From contig CAMCLK010000002.1 of NCBI GenBank assembly GCA_945875585.1, positions 10,964 through 74,963 of the forward strand: 64,000 nucleotides of DNA. The letters run 5' to 3'. The notes under the pieces were generated by a model, which saw only the letters and a list, made by a program, of their open reading frames with translations, did not search any database and was not told the DNA's origin. The position numbers and the translations under genes were made by a program. Source of the stretch: Candidatus Kuenenia stuttgartensis (GTDB lineage Bacteria; Planctomycetota; Planctomycetia; Gemmatales; Gemmataceae). Below are positions 1 to 9,819 of the stretch, piece after piece (positions within the stretch are counted from its first letter, which is position 1; each line of letters opens with the position of its first letter).

Positions 1-1010
1 ATGGGTTGATCGACCTCGAAGGCATTTTTAGCATGGTCTTTTTTCAAGCCACCGTGCTGGTCCCATTTGTAGCTGTGCGATACCTGAATAAACCGCACAC
101 CGCATTCCGCAAAGCGCCTAGCCATTAAGCACAGACGGCCAAAATTACGGGTTTCTGGCCGGTCGAGTCCATACATGCTTAATGTTTTTTCAGATTCCTG
201 AGAGATATCCTGCAATTCAGGAGCAGCGGCTTGCATGCGGAACGCCAGTTCAAAACTTTCAATCCGGCCTTCTAACGCTGGGTCGTGCCCGGCCTCATTG
301 ATTTTTTCTTGATTTAGTTCCTGGATAAAATCAATCACTTTACGTTGTGATGTTCGCGTGGTCGCTCCGCTGATAAAAGGAATCGAGACTTTGTCTGCTG
401 GCGTGCTAGATGTGCCGAGCGGGGTCCCTTGATAGGCTGCAGGCAAGAATGCGCTCGACCAATTATTGACACCGCCGTGGCTCAGGGAGGGGCAGAGGGT
501 AACAAAACCGGGCATATCACGGTTTTCCGTACCCAATCCGTAAGTCACCCATGATCCCATGCTTGGGCGGATGAATGTGTCAGATCCAGTATGAAGTTCG
601 AGCAACGCACCGCCATGGCGTGAATTTGAACCATGCATGGCGTTGATAACACACAGCTTGTCGGCATGTTTGGCAACGTTTGGGAACAAATCGCTGGCCC
701 ATAGTCCCGATTGACCATATTGGCGAAATTTCCACGGAGATGCCAGAAGGTTGTCGGTGGGACTTGAAACAATACGTGGTTTGGCGAACGGCAGTGGTTT
801 GCCGTCGTCGCGCATCAGCAGTGGTTTGTAATCGAAGGTGTCAACATGACTGGGGCCACCGTGCATGAATAGGAAAATAACCCTGCTGGCTTTGGGGCGA
901 AAATGCGGCTGACGAGGAGCTAGCGGGCCGCCTGAAGCAGATCGCGCATCATCTGCCAATAAACCGGCTAATGCCAGCGCACCAAAACCAGTGCTGCTGT
1001 CGCGCAACAT
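1..1010 (-). CDS. DUF1501 domain protein (sulfatase-like fold), C-terminal part runs off the left edge
   Basis: Manual translation of the minus strand from the ATG at 1010-1008 gives MLRDSSTGFGALALAGLLADDARSA...VIFLFMHGGPSHVDTFDYKP...GSWVTYGLGTEN, typical of the DUF1501 family. The frame stays open to position 1. The ORF track omits it because there is no in-window stop. It lies immediately downstream of the PSCyt/PSD1 gene, the usual Planctomycete pairing. Confidence 0.8.
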   Translation of the reverse strand, partial: MLRDSSTGFGALALAGLLADDARSASGGPLAPRQPHFRPKASRVIFLFMHGGPSHVDTFDYKPLLMRDDGKPLPFAKPRIVSSPTDNLLASPWKFRQYGQSGLWASDLFPNVAKHADKLCVINAMHGSNSRHGGALLELHTGSDTFIRPSMGSWVTYGLGTENRDMPGFVTLCPSLSHGGVNNWSSAFLPAAYQGTPLGTSSTPADKVSIPFISGATTRTSQRKVIDFIQELNQEKINEAGHDPALEGRIESFELAFRMQAAAPELQDISQESEKTLSMYGLDRPETRNFGRLCLMARRFAECGVRFIQVSHSYKWDQHGGLKKDHAKNAFEVDQP

Positions 1011-1032
1011 GTCCCTTCGGGAGATCCGACAA

Positions 1033-4000
1033 TTAATCGACATGGACGAACTCGCTACTGGCCAAAATGGCGCGGCAGAACCCCTGCCAGGCACGCGTGC
1101 TTATTTCATCTGGATTTCCGTTGAAGCTAGTCTTCAGGTCTTGAACAAAACGTGTGGCTCGATCCAATTCGTGCTGTTTTGGCTGCCTGCTGTAGGCGCG
1201 TTTGTAAATCTCGATAATACGGCCAGCATCATCAAGGTCGCTTCGCATGACCAGCTTGCGTGCCCAGGAGAGTGTTTTTTCTTCAACAAGCCGGCTGTTA
1301 AGCAATGCCAAAGCCTGTGGTGCAACGGTGGTTGGAACACGTTCGCCATTGGAACTACTGGGGTCTGCAAAATCAAAGGCTTGAAGAAAATCGTAAACAG
1401 AACTGCGAGTGATTGGTAAATAGACGGTTCGACAATCGACATGGTACGGGTCAAATCGTTCGCTGGCAGTACTGGTAACATATTTGTGGTTGCCCACGGT
1501 TAGAAGGGATCCACCGTTGGTTGTTTTCAGGTCACCAGCAAGGGAGATAATTCCATCCCGTAATGCCTCGGCCTCGAGCCGGCGCCTGTTCATCCGCCAG
1601 AAAAGTGTATTATCTGGATCGGACTGAAATGACATTGAGTCGTGAGCGCAACTCATCTGGTAGGCGCTCGTGTTCATGATCTTCCGATGCATTTCCTTGA
1701 CGGACCATCCACCGCGGACAAATTCAACGGCCAGCCAATCTAAAAGTGGCTGGTTGACTGGCTTCATGCCCAATCGACCAAAATTGTCGGGTGTACGCAC
1801 CAAACCAGCACCAAAGTGCCAATGCCACAGACGGTTAACCATCACGCGGGCGGTGAGCGGATGATTAGGGTTGGTCATCCACTGTGCCAATTCAAGCCGG
1901 CCACTAGTAGAAGCGCCTATTCCAGCGGGCATTGCGGTCGATAGTGCTTTGGGGAAACCTCGAGGGGTATCGGCCCCCAGCGTGAGATAATTACCGCGCA
2001 GATGAACTTTTAGGTTGCTGACGGCACCTTCGCTTGCCGCCATGGCCATCGGTTCTGGCGGAAGTGTTTTTTCGGCCGCTGCCATGGCATTACGCAGCGC
2101 GGTGATTGCGATCTTGCTGGATTCATTCAAGACTAATTCGCGATCCTTGATGGTGGACAGTGGGCCTGAATCTTGCGAAATTATAGTTGCCACTTCAGAG
2201 TCTGTAGGAAGTTTTTTCGATTTTTTAAGCCATGCCAACCATGCGTTGACGAGTGCGGGATTTAGGTCAGATTCACGAGCCACCGAAGCGGCATCGGCAG
2301 GAAGTGTTTTCAGATCAGGTCGGAGGGTTAGTGCAATTTTGTCGATATGTGGCACAGGGCCATTTCGTTCTATTTTTAGAACATGCTTACCAGCTTTCAG
2401 CGAAACCACACCAGCAACTGTCCAGCTCTGAGATTCAGGAGTCCATGAGCCGGTAACGGAAGATGATGAATCTTCTCGAGTAAGGGCCCCATCGATTAAA
2501 AGCCGAACGGGCCTTGATTCAGCAGCAGCGTGCCTTGTTTCTACTTGGTAGATACCGTCTTTGGATATATTGAAGTCGTATTCTGCAACATTAGGAATTT
2601 TTCCGGCGTTATAGACCACGCCGATACCTTGGCCGTATGTCGTGTAATCGCGTACCAGATTGCCGCGTTGGAATTTTTCGGCCTCAAGAAGTATTGTTCC
2701 TGGTGGAATATTTTGTTTGAGCAGCGACTCATTTGAACCAGGAATAGGCGGCGCGGAGAGTACCCGCTTGGCAGCAGCCAAGGCGCGCGCGTGAAGCGCG
2801 TGATCGCCCTGAAGCTGAACCCAAGCCTTCTCAATAATAGAATCGATCTCTTTTTTTCGTGCCGCCAGATCTTGTAATGCTGTTGCGCGGACACCTAGAG
2901 TTGCTTTGTCTGGAACGGGGCGTTCGTTCCACATGGCCACAACCCGGAAATTAGCCATGGTTTTTGTGCTTTTGAAAATTCCAGCCATACTGTAATAGTC
3001 AGCGGTGCTGATGGGATCGAATTTGTGATCGTGACACCGAGCGCAACCGAATGTCATGCCAAGAAAAGCGCGCCCCGCGGTATCCAGTTGTTCATCCACG
3101 ATGTCCATTTCCATTTTGCGTGGATCGTCTTCGGCTAGCATTTTGGGCCCGATGACCAGAAAACCTGTCGCTGTGATACGTCGGGCGCGTTCGTCAGGAT
3201 CGTCCGTTGGCAAAAGATCGCCAGCTATCTGTTCGGTAAGGAACTGATCGTACGGCTTGTCGGTATTGAATGCTCGAATCACATAATCGCGGAAGCGGAA
3301 CGCGTTGGCGTGGGCCATGTTTTCATCCATACCGTTGCTGTCGGCATAGCGAGCCAGGTCGAGCCAATGCCTTGCCCAACGCTCACCATAAGCCGGACTG
3401 GCAAGCAAGCGATCGATGACTTTGGAAAAAGCCGTGGGAGAATTGTCGCGAAGAAAGGCGTCTACTTCTTCGGGTGTGGGAGGCAGGCCTGTGAGGTCGA
3501 ATGTTGCTCTGCGGATAAGCAGGTGGCGTGCCGCCATTGGGGCTGGTTTAAGCCCTTTGGCTTCAACCGCGGCAAGGAGAAATCGATCCACGGGGGAGCG
3601 GCACCAAGAGCTATCGCGAACGGAAGGCGGATTTCCCTGATGAGGGGGCTGAAACGACCATAATTGTTGCTGATTGCCCGTTGGTGTGACTTCATGATTT
3701 GCCGCTGGTGCTTTTACCGACTGGCCGGGCCAGCGTGCTCCCGCTTTCACCCATGCCGCGATGGATTGAATCTGTTCCTTTCGAAGTTTTTCTTTGGGCG
3801 GCATGGCGTACGGTTCGCCTTGATCGATCACCTGACACAGTAGGCTTTCTGAAGGTTTTCCAGGAATGAGAGCGGGTCCGCTTTCTCCACCTTTCAGCAA
3901 TGCTGCCAGCGAGTCGACACGCAGTCCGCTTTTTTGCTTATCAGGGCCGTGACAGGATTGGCAGCGTTCCACAAGCACTGGGCGGACATTTTTCTCGAAA

Positions 4001-4107
4001 AATGTATCGTCTGCTGACTGAGATCGTGCCAGTGAGCTTGTTAGCACGGAGATGCTTAAAACAAGCAAATAAGAACTTAGACTGCTGATTTTCACGGAAC
4101 ACCCCAC
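1033..4107 (-). CDS. Planctomycete cytochrome-c domain protein (PSCyt1 + PSCyt2/DUF1549 + PSD1/DUF1553)
   Basis: 1024 aa. N-terminal CQSCHG heme-binding motif (PSCyt1). DRLLASPAYGERWARHWLDLARYADSNGMD block (DUF1549). CARCHDHKFDP block (DUF1553). The 3' end sits 23 nt from the DUF1501 start. Confidence 0.85.
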   Translation of the reverse strand: MGCSVKISSLSSYLLVLSISVLTSSLARSQSADDTFFEKNVRPVLVERCQSCHGPDKQKSGLRVDSLAALLKGGESGPALIPGKPSESLLCQVIDQGEPYAMPPKEKLRKEQIQSIAAWVKAGARWPGQSVKAPAANHEVTPTGNQQQLWSFQPPHQGNPPSVRDSSWCRSPVDRFLLAAVEAKGLKPAPMAARHLLIRRATFDLTGLPPTPEEVDAFLRDNSPTAFSKVIDRLLASPAYGERWARHWLDLARYADSNGMDENMAHANAFRFRDYVIRAFNTDKPYDQFLTEQIAGDLLPTDDPDERARRITATGFLVIGPKMLAEDDPRKMEMDIVDEQLDTAGRAFLGMTFGCARCHDHKFDPISTADYYSMAGIFKSTKTMANFRVVAMWNERPVPDKATLGVRATALQDLAARKKEIDSIIEKAWVQLQGDHALHARALAAAKRVLSAPPIPGSNESLLKQNIPPGTILLEAEKFQRGNLVRDYTTYGQGIGVVYNAGKIPNVAEYDFNISKDGIYQVETRHAAAESRPVRLLIDGALTREDSSSSVTGSWTPESQSWTVAGVVSLKAGKHVLKIERNGPVPHIDKIALTLRPDLKTLPADAASVARESDLNPALVNAWLAWLKKSKKLPTDSEVATIISQDSGPLSTIKDRELVLNESSKIAITALRNAMAAAEKTLPPEPMAMAASEGAVSNLKVHLRGNYLTLGADTPRGFPKALSTAMPAGIGASTSGRLELAQWMTNPNHPLTARVMVNRLWHWHFGAGLVRTPDNFGRLGMKPVNQPLLDWLAVEFVRGGWSVKEMHRKIMNTSAYQMSCAHDSMSFQSDPDNTLFWRMNRRRLEAEALRDGIISLAGDLKTTNGGSLLTVGNHKYVTSTASERFDPYHVDCRTVYLPITRSSVYDFLQAFDFADPSSSNGERVPTTVAPQALALLNSRLVEEKTLSWARKLVMRSDLDDAGRIIEIYKRAYSRQPKQHELDRATRFVQDLKTSFNGNPDEISTRAWQGFCRAILASSEFVHVD

Positions 4108-4180
4108 GGGAACTATCCGAGGCGTTACCCCAAGGCGGGCGGGAATGAATTATTAATATACCTGCTTTTTGGGCGGGGCG

Positions 4181-5239
4181 TCAACCAGCGCGGCGAACGC
4201 CTGACATCGATCCGCGTCGGAGCAGTTCGTCCGCTACTGTACCCAGAAGCAGTGCCACCCCAATAACCATGAATTCAAGGTCCGATGGAATTCCGGCAAA
4301 AATCACCAGACTCCGAAGCAACGGAAGGATGGCAGTACCAAGGGCCAATCCTAGAATGGAACCTTCGCCACCACGAAGGCTGAAACCACCCAAAACTGCA
4401 CCAGTGATCGCGTAAAGTTCATACCAGTTTCCTGCACTTGCTGGCGCAGCAGAAGGAACTTTCACCAAGAACAAGATGCCACCCAGAGCCGCCAGTGTTG
4501 AACAAATGACATAACAGGCGATCTTGTGGGAAGCTGTATCGATGCCCGCGTAGCGGGCGGCTTGTTCGTTGTAACCAAGGGCATGAATACGCCGGCCAAA
4601 GGCGCCACATTCAAGAGCTATGTAGGCTGCAATGGCCAGAACAATGAACAGTATCAATGGATTCGGGATATCGAGCCAAACGATTCCTGTCCATTCACCT
4701 AGAGGGAAATTTCCCTTTTGCAGTGTCGTCAACCAAGCGAGGTTTTCTGGGTGGGCCAATCCGATATTTCTTGATGAATCGCGTAAAAGACGCGCATTTT
4801 CTGGCCAACCGGTCGTGAGTGCTGCCCCAATAGTCCCGAAGTTGATTTGTGTCAGCAGTTGTGCAAACCCACGATAAATGAAAAGTCCACATAACGTCAC
4901 AATGAATGGTTGCAGATTGAGCCGTGTGATCAGAAAACCGTGGATCAACCCGATGATTGATCCCATGGCAAGAACACCCATAAAGGCAAGCCATGGGGGG
5001 CCATTGTTTTCAAGAATTAACCCAAATGACACTGCGGAGAGACATACCACTGAACCGATGGAAAGATCGATTCCGCCGGTGAGGATGACAAAGCCTACAC
5101 CTAGAGTCAGGATTCCCCATTCACCGATACGGCGCTCAAGGTTTTGATGGTTTTCAGGGCTTCTGGCTTGCGGATCTGAACTCATCAGGCCGAGGTAAAT
5201 GATCGCAACCACCGCAAACACGCCCAGCACACGATTCAT
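4181..5239 (-). CDS. sugar ABC transporter permease (CUT2 family, RbsC-like)
   Basis: 352 aa, multi-TM, contains a GIDLSIGSV motif. The start overlaps the upstream ATPase stop by 4 nt. Confidence 0.8.
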   Translation of the reverse strand: MNRVLGVFAVVAIIYLGLMSSDPQARSPENHQNLERRIGEWGILTLGVGFVILTGGIDLSIGSVVCLSAVSFGLILENNGPPWLAFMGVLAMGSIIGLIHGFLITRLNLQPFIVTLCGLFIYRGFAQLLTQINFGTIGAALTTGWPENARLLRDSSRNIGLAHPENLAWLTTLQKGNFPLGEWTGIVWLDIPNPLILFIVLAIAAYIALECGAFGRRIHALGYNEQAARYAGIDTASHKIACYVICSTLAALGGILFLVKVPSAAPASAGNWYELYAITGAVLGGFSLRGGEGSILGLALGTAILPLLRSLVIFAGIPSDLEFMVIGVALLLGTVADELLRRGSMSGVRRAG

Positions 5240-6768
5240 GGCGTTGTTCTCCGGGGCGCCGTTCCGGTCGCCAAACGCATTACTGCCTCTTCCGACAACT
5301 CGTCTCGAGATAGCTCGCCAGCAAGTCCATGTTCGTGAAGAACCAGAACCCTGTCCGAGAGGCGCAGAACTTCTTCTAGGTCGCTTGAAATCATCAATAC
5401 ACCTAAACCTTGATCAACCAATTTGCCAATCAGGTCGTAGATTTCACTTTTGGCTCCGACATCAACACCGCGGGTTGGTTCGTCGAGCATCAGCACAGAA
5501 GGATTGGCAGCAAGCCATCGGGCAAGAACAACTTTTTGCTGGTTTCCGCCACTGAGCTGGCCAGCGGCTTTTTCAGGGCCAGTGGTGCGAATGCTCAACT
5601 CCGCAATCCCATGTAAAGCCATTTTGTTTTCACGTTGCCTTGAAACCCACCCGGCGCTTGAAATGCCCTTGAGGTTTGGCAGGCTAATATTGCTGCGAAT
5701 GCTTTCAGCCAAAATAAGGCCATGGTGCCGCCTGTCTTCTGGCACTAGAAGCAAACCCTGTTTGATGGCTTTGGCGGGGCTTCCCGGTTGGAAAGCATTG
5801 TCCCGGATCGTAACTTTGCCTGCCACCATGGGGCGGACACCATAAAGGGTTTCGGCCAATTCAGTGCGGCCTGCACCTACGAGTCCTGCCATTCCAACGA
5901 CTTCGCCTGCACGGACTTCAAAAGAGATACCGCCGGCAGGGGAAGCTTGGTGCCTCAGTCCTGAAACCGAAAGCAAAACCCGCCCAGCTTTGGCTGATGA
6001 GCGGGAAAGTCGTGTTAGGTCGCGGCCAACCATCAAGCGTACCATGGCGTCATGGGTAATAGCTTCGCGGGGAAGGTCGCCTGAATTGCACCCGTCGCGG
6101 AGCGAAATAACGCGATCCGCGACTTTTGAAACCTCGCTTAGGCGGTGGGAGATGTAAACGATCGCCACGCCTTTGGCTCGAAGTTCACCAATGACTTCCG
6201 TTAGCCGTTCGGTTTCTTGGTGCGAAAGGCTTGATGTGGGTTCATCCATGATCAGAACGCGGGCATCGAGTGAAAGTGCTCGCGCAATTTCAACCAGTTG
6301 CTTCTGACCTGGGGCCAAGTCGCCTACACGTGTGTTTGGATCAATTACCAAACCAACTCGGTTGAGCGCATTAATGGCAATGACTCTGGTTGCAGCCCGG
6401 TCCACCAGACCTAAGATACCGCCCCATGTTGGTTCACGACCTAGCACAAGGTTTTCAGCAATGGTAAGGTTTTCGGCCAGATTGAGTTCCTGATGGATCA
6501 GTACAATTCCATGGCGAATGGCATCTTCGGGACCATTCAGGATAATGGAATTCCCGTCCAGCCATAGAGATCCTGAATCTGGTTGATGAACTCCTGCCAG
6601 GATTTTCATCAGGGTGGATTTGCCCGCACCATTTTCGCCAATCAGGGCGACAACTTCTCCTGAATAGATACCAAAACGAACATCTGCAAGGGCGCGGGCT
6701 CCAAGGAATGCCTTGGATACTCCGCGCGCCTCAAGCAGAAATCTCTTGTTGGAGGGAAGATCAGCCAC
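5236..6768 (-). CDS. sugar ABC transporter ATP-binding protein (two fused ABC domains, RbsA/MglA-like)
   Basis: 510 aa. Walker A GENGAGKST. A second domain with the LSGGNQQKV signature. The two-ABC-domain architecture is typical of CUT2 importers. Confidence 0.85.
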   Translation of the reverse strand: MADLPSNKRFLLEARGVSKAFLGARALADVRFGIYSGEVVALIGENGAGKSTLMKILAGVHQPDSGSLWLDGNSIILNGPEDAIRHGIVLIHQELNLAENLTIAENLVLGREPTWGGILGLVDRAATRVIAINALNRVGLVIDPNTRVGDLAPGQKQLVEIARALSLDARVLIMDEPTSSLSHQETERLTEVIGELRAKGVAIVYISHRLSEVSKVADRVISLRDGCNSGDLPREAITHDAMVRLMVGRDLTRLSRSSAKAGRVLLSVSGLRHQASPAGGISFEVRAGEVVGMAGLVGAGRTELAETLYGVRPMVAGKVTIRDNAFQPGSPAKAIKQGLLLVPEDRRHHGLILAESIRSNISLPNLKGISSAGWVSRQRENKMALHGIAELSIRTTGPEKAAGQLSGGNQQKVVLARWLAANPSVLMLDEPTRGVDVGAKSEIYDLIGKLVDQGLGVLMISSDLEEVLRLSDRVLVLHEHGLAGELSRDELSEEAVMRLATGTAPRRTTP

Positions 6769-6777
6769 CCGATGTAC

Positions 6778-7914
6778 TCACTTGCCCTGAAGTTTTTTCA
6801 GCTCATCCTGAAATGCTGCCGCGTCAGCTTTGCGGATTTCCCGGTGCGGGATATCGATGATACCGTTCTTTGGAATTGCCACATCGGCGCCTTTGGCCAT
6901 TTTTGTCATCATCAGTACCGATTGATAACCAAATTCAAAGGGTTGCTGTACGACAGTGCCATGAACATCGCCTTTCTTGATTCCCTCAAGCGTGGCATTG
7001 TCCTCGTCAAATCCAACAATCTTGATTTTGCCCAGACGCTTGGCGTCCGCCGCGGCACCAAGAATTGCCGGTGGATTGTAGGCCCAGAGACCAACGAGGC
7101 ACAGGTTGGGTTCGTTCTGATAGCGGGTGAGCACATCCGCCGCGTTGTCTTTGGCTTTTGCCTCATTCACGCCGTCAGTGTAGGTGCCAATGACTTCATA
7201 TTTGCCATATTTTTTCCCATCTGGGGATTCACGGAGGCCTTCAGATTTGGCAAGACCTTCGAGAACATCGATAACACCCTGTCTGCGTTCCCGCGCATTG
7301 ACGGGGTCGAGTTGGCCGACAAAAATAGCCACTTTTCCACCTTCGGGCATGGCTTCCAAAACCATTTTGCCGGCAGATCTACCTGCTTGAAGATTGGCTG
7401 TTCCCATGTAGCAGCGGCGCTTGCTGTCGGCGGCATCATTGTCAACGCAGATGACAGGAACACGGATTGCAATTTCATTGATAAATGACGTTTGGTTTTT
7501 CGGATCAATCACGCTGATGGCAATCGCCTTCACGCCTTGAGTGAGCAAGTCTTCAATGATTTCCTTTTGAGTTGCTGCTGTTCCATCTTGGGGGCGCTTG
7601 AAAATCAGTTGGATTCCTGTTTCTTTTTCACCTTTGCGGGCCCCTGCTTCCGCAAGGGTCCAAAATTCAGCAGGATTGTTGCTGACGAACGCCACCTTGA
7701 TGCCTGAATTTTGAGCAGAGCTTGTGGCCGCTAGATGATTTTGAGAGATAGTGGTGCCAGATTGGTTGGTGGAACCTGTTGGCGCCGCAGGTTTCTGTGC
7801 GGGACAACCTGTCATGAGTATGGCAAAAGATGACAACAGGCCAAACGAGAATACACGCAACATAGATTGATCCTGAAGAGGGGGATGCTCAAGAATGCGA
7901 CCCATGCCTAGCAA
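6778..7914 (-). CDS. sugar ABC transporter periplasmic substrate-binding lipoprotein (RbsB-like)
   Basis: 378 aa. Signal peptide with an LMTGC lipobox. Periplasmic-binding-protein type I fold motifs. First gene of the SBP-ATPase-permease operon. Confidence 0.75.
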   Translation of the reverse strand: MLGMGRILEHPPLQDQSMLRVFSFGLLSSFAILMTGCPAQKPAAPTGSTNQSGTTISQNHLAATSSAQNSGIKVAFVSNNPAEFWTLAEAGARKGEKETGIQLIFKRPQDGTAATQKEIIEDLLTQGVKAIAISVIDPKNQTSFINEIAIRVPVICVDNDAADSKRRCYMGTANLQAGRSAGKMVLEAMPEGGKVAIFVGQLDPVNARERRQGVIDVLEGLAKSEGLRESPDGKKYGKYEVIGTYTDGVNEAKAKDNAADVLTRYQNEPNLCLVGLWAYNPPAILGAAADAKRLGKIKIVGFDEDNATLEGIKKGDVHGTVVQQPFEFGYQSVLMMTKMAKGADVAIPKNGIIDIPHREIRKADAAAFQDELKKLQGK

Positions 7915-7959
7915 GATAGGCTGGATCTGCGGGCATGCAAGAGTAAAGCGGGGAGAACT

Positions 7960-8691
7960 CTAGGAGCGACGTGCCGTTAATTGCTTCCGGCGTGGCGAAT
8001 CTTCATGGGCTTCTAGGCTCAAGGCTCGGCAGGCCTCGATTTCTACGGGGTCTTGGCCTGACCGTCGCAGGATTTCGCGAGCCAAGTCCAACGGGTTTTC
8101 TGAAAGGCGCATCAAAGATGGGTCCATCGTTGGACCGGTATCGCGTCGTGGCGTTGAACGGGCCAGTTCCGCCATACGCACGCCGTCTGCAGGGCCGAAC
8201 GACCCTCCGCCCCGTTCGATAGGAAGGTCGATGGGTGTCCAGCGAGAAGATGTTGTACGTCCGGTTGAAGTCTGTTTGGCTTCGACAACGGCAAGCGCTA
8301 GTTCTTCTGCCAGCAAGGCCGAAAGCTGTGCGTCGGTACTTCGAGCGGCAAGCCCTTCTGAAACATAGATTTGGTAGGTTTCGCGGTGAAAAATTTCAGA
8401 TGACGAACCGCCTAGCAACTGAAAAATAGGTTTGATCCCAAGGCCTGAATTTTTTTCGAGCAGTTCTCGTCCCAACCGGGCTACACGTAATGCTTGTTGG
8501 CCAGCTTCTTTCGATTCCTTGGTGACGACGCGTTCACGAGGTGCGACTAATTGGCCAGGTGGCGGTTGCACGATGCCGTTGGGGGGCTGGAGCATAGCTG
8601 AAGTCGTTAGCGGATTCAGGCAGCCCGAAATCGCCAAACTGCTGGTTGCTGCGAGCACTAAAAAGATATGCTTTTTCATGCTCGAACGCAT
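7960..8691 (-). CDS. hypothetical lipoprotein
   Basis: 243 aa. Signal peptide ending in an AISGC lipobox. No recognisable domain. Confidence 0.45.
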   Translation of the reverse strand: MRSSMKKHIFLVLAATSSLAISGCLNPLTTSAMLQPPNGIVQPPPGQLVAPRERVVTKESKEAGQQALRVARLGRELLEKNSGLGIKPIFQLLGGSSSEIFHRETYQIYVSEGLAARSTDAQLSALLAEELALAVVEAKQTSTGRTTSSRWTPIDLPIERGGGSFGPADGVRMAELARSTPRRDTGPTMDPSLMRLSENPLDLAREILRRSGQDPVEIEACRALSLEAHEDSPRRKQLTARRS

Positions 8692-8733
8692 AACTTCTAT
8701 TTGCCCAGCAAGGCCAGAGCAATTTTGTGCAGA

Positions 8734-9723
8734 TTAAGCCTTGAAACGAATCAATACTTTACCTTCTTTGCCAATCCTACCGGCTTCGCTGACGGCATCT
8801 CGGAAATTTTCTGCCTGAAAGATGGCGCCAGTCGGGCTGTGCAAGACACCCCGGGAGATCAATCCTGCCAGCGTTCCAAAAAGACGCCAGAGCGTTAGCT
8901 TGCTTTGATCCTTCATCCATTCCGAAAGCCAGAATCCTTGGATGGATTTCATGCCATCTAGTAATGTACCCGGATCTACTGGGATCGGATCGCCAGATAG
9001 TCTTCCATAGCTAATAAGTGTGCCGTGGCGGCTAAGTGATTTGAGTATTGCTGCACCAGTTGTGCCGCCAATAGCATCTAGGCCCATGCGGCAATGTCTG
9101 CCAGCCAATGCTTCTCGCAGTGCAGTAACTAGTGGTTCGCCTTGACCGACAACAACAGTGGAAGCTCCCAATTGTTTTAAACAGTTGGCCTGTTCATCGC
9201 GCCTGACAACGTGAATTACCTCGAACCCAATATGCTTTGCCAATCCTTGGATCATCTGGCCCACTGCGCCTGCTGCGGCAGACTGAATAAGGACTTCCCC
9301 GCGCCGAATTTTCAGAACATTATTCACAATCGCCCATGCGGTTGCTGGGTTTACAAAGAAACTAGCGGCCTGATCGTCTGGTATCGAATCGGGAATGGGA
9401 ATAGCGCGGATTGCGGGAATAACGCACTGCTCCTGCCAAGCGCCGCCGTCGGCTGCTATTACCGCGACGCGTTTTCCAATGACGCGCCAAGCCATGATTC
9501 CGCGTCCGGAGATGACTTTGCCAACGCCCTCAAACCCAGGCGCAAATGGAAGTTGCGGCTGGCGTCCGTATTGGTTTCGGATGGTTAAAAGATCGGAGGG
9601 ATTGATGGGGCTGGCAATCATTTCCACCACAACTTGACCTGGACCAGCGGTTGGATTGGGGCGGGTTTCCAGAGAAAGGGCAGACTGGGGATCCCCCCAA
9701 GAGTTGCAAACCAAGGCGCGCAT
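8734..9723 (-). CDS. zinc-type alcohol dehydrogenase-like / NADPH:quinone oxidoreductase (MDR superfamily)
   Basis: The ORF runs 8734-9753. The likely start is MRALVCNSWGDP at 9723. It has a GroES-like N-terminal domain and a Rossmann region (AAAGAVGQ). Confidence 0.7.
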   Translation of the reverse strand: MRALVCNSWGDPQSALSLETRPNPTAGPGQVVVEMIASPINPSDLLTIRNQYGRQPQLPFAPGFEGVGKVISGRGIMAWRVIGKRVAVIAADGGAWQEQCVIPAIRAIPIPDSIPDDQAASFFVNPATAWAIVNNVLKIRRGEVLIQSAAAGAVGQMIQGLAKHIGFEVIHVVRRDEQANCLKQLGASTVVVGQGEPLVTALREALAGRHCRMGLDAIGGTTGAAILKSLSRHGTLISYGRLSGDPIPVDPGTLLDGMKSIQGFWLSEWMKDQSKLTLWRLFGTLAGLISRGVLHSPTGAIFQAENFRDAVSEAGRIGKEGKVLIRFKA

Positions 9724-9819
9724 AAGTGATCCCTTCACATAATCCACAATCATTAAATCTCAGGGTAGGGATCTTGATGTGTCAAGGTAGGGAACCTTTG
9801 CTGCCGATAACGATTAAGC

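Noticed and set aside
991-1419. 142-aa + strand ORF overlapping the 3' end of the PSD1 gene and the DUF1501 start
   Set aside because: Antisense to two well-supported minus-strand genes. No domain.
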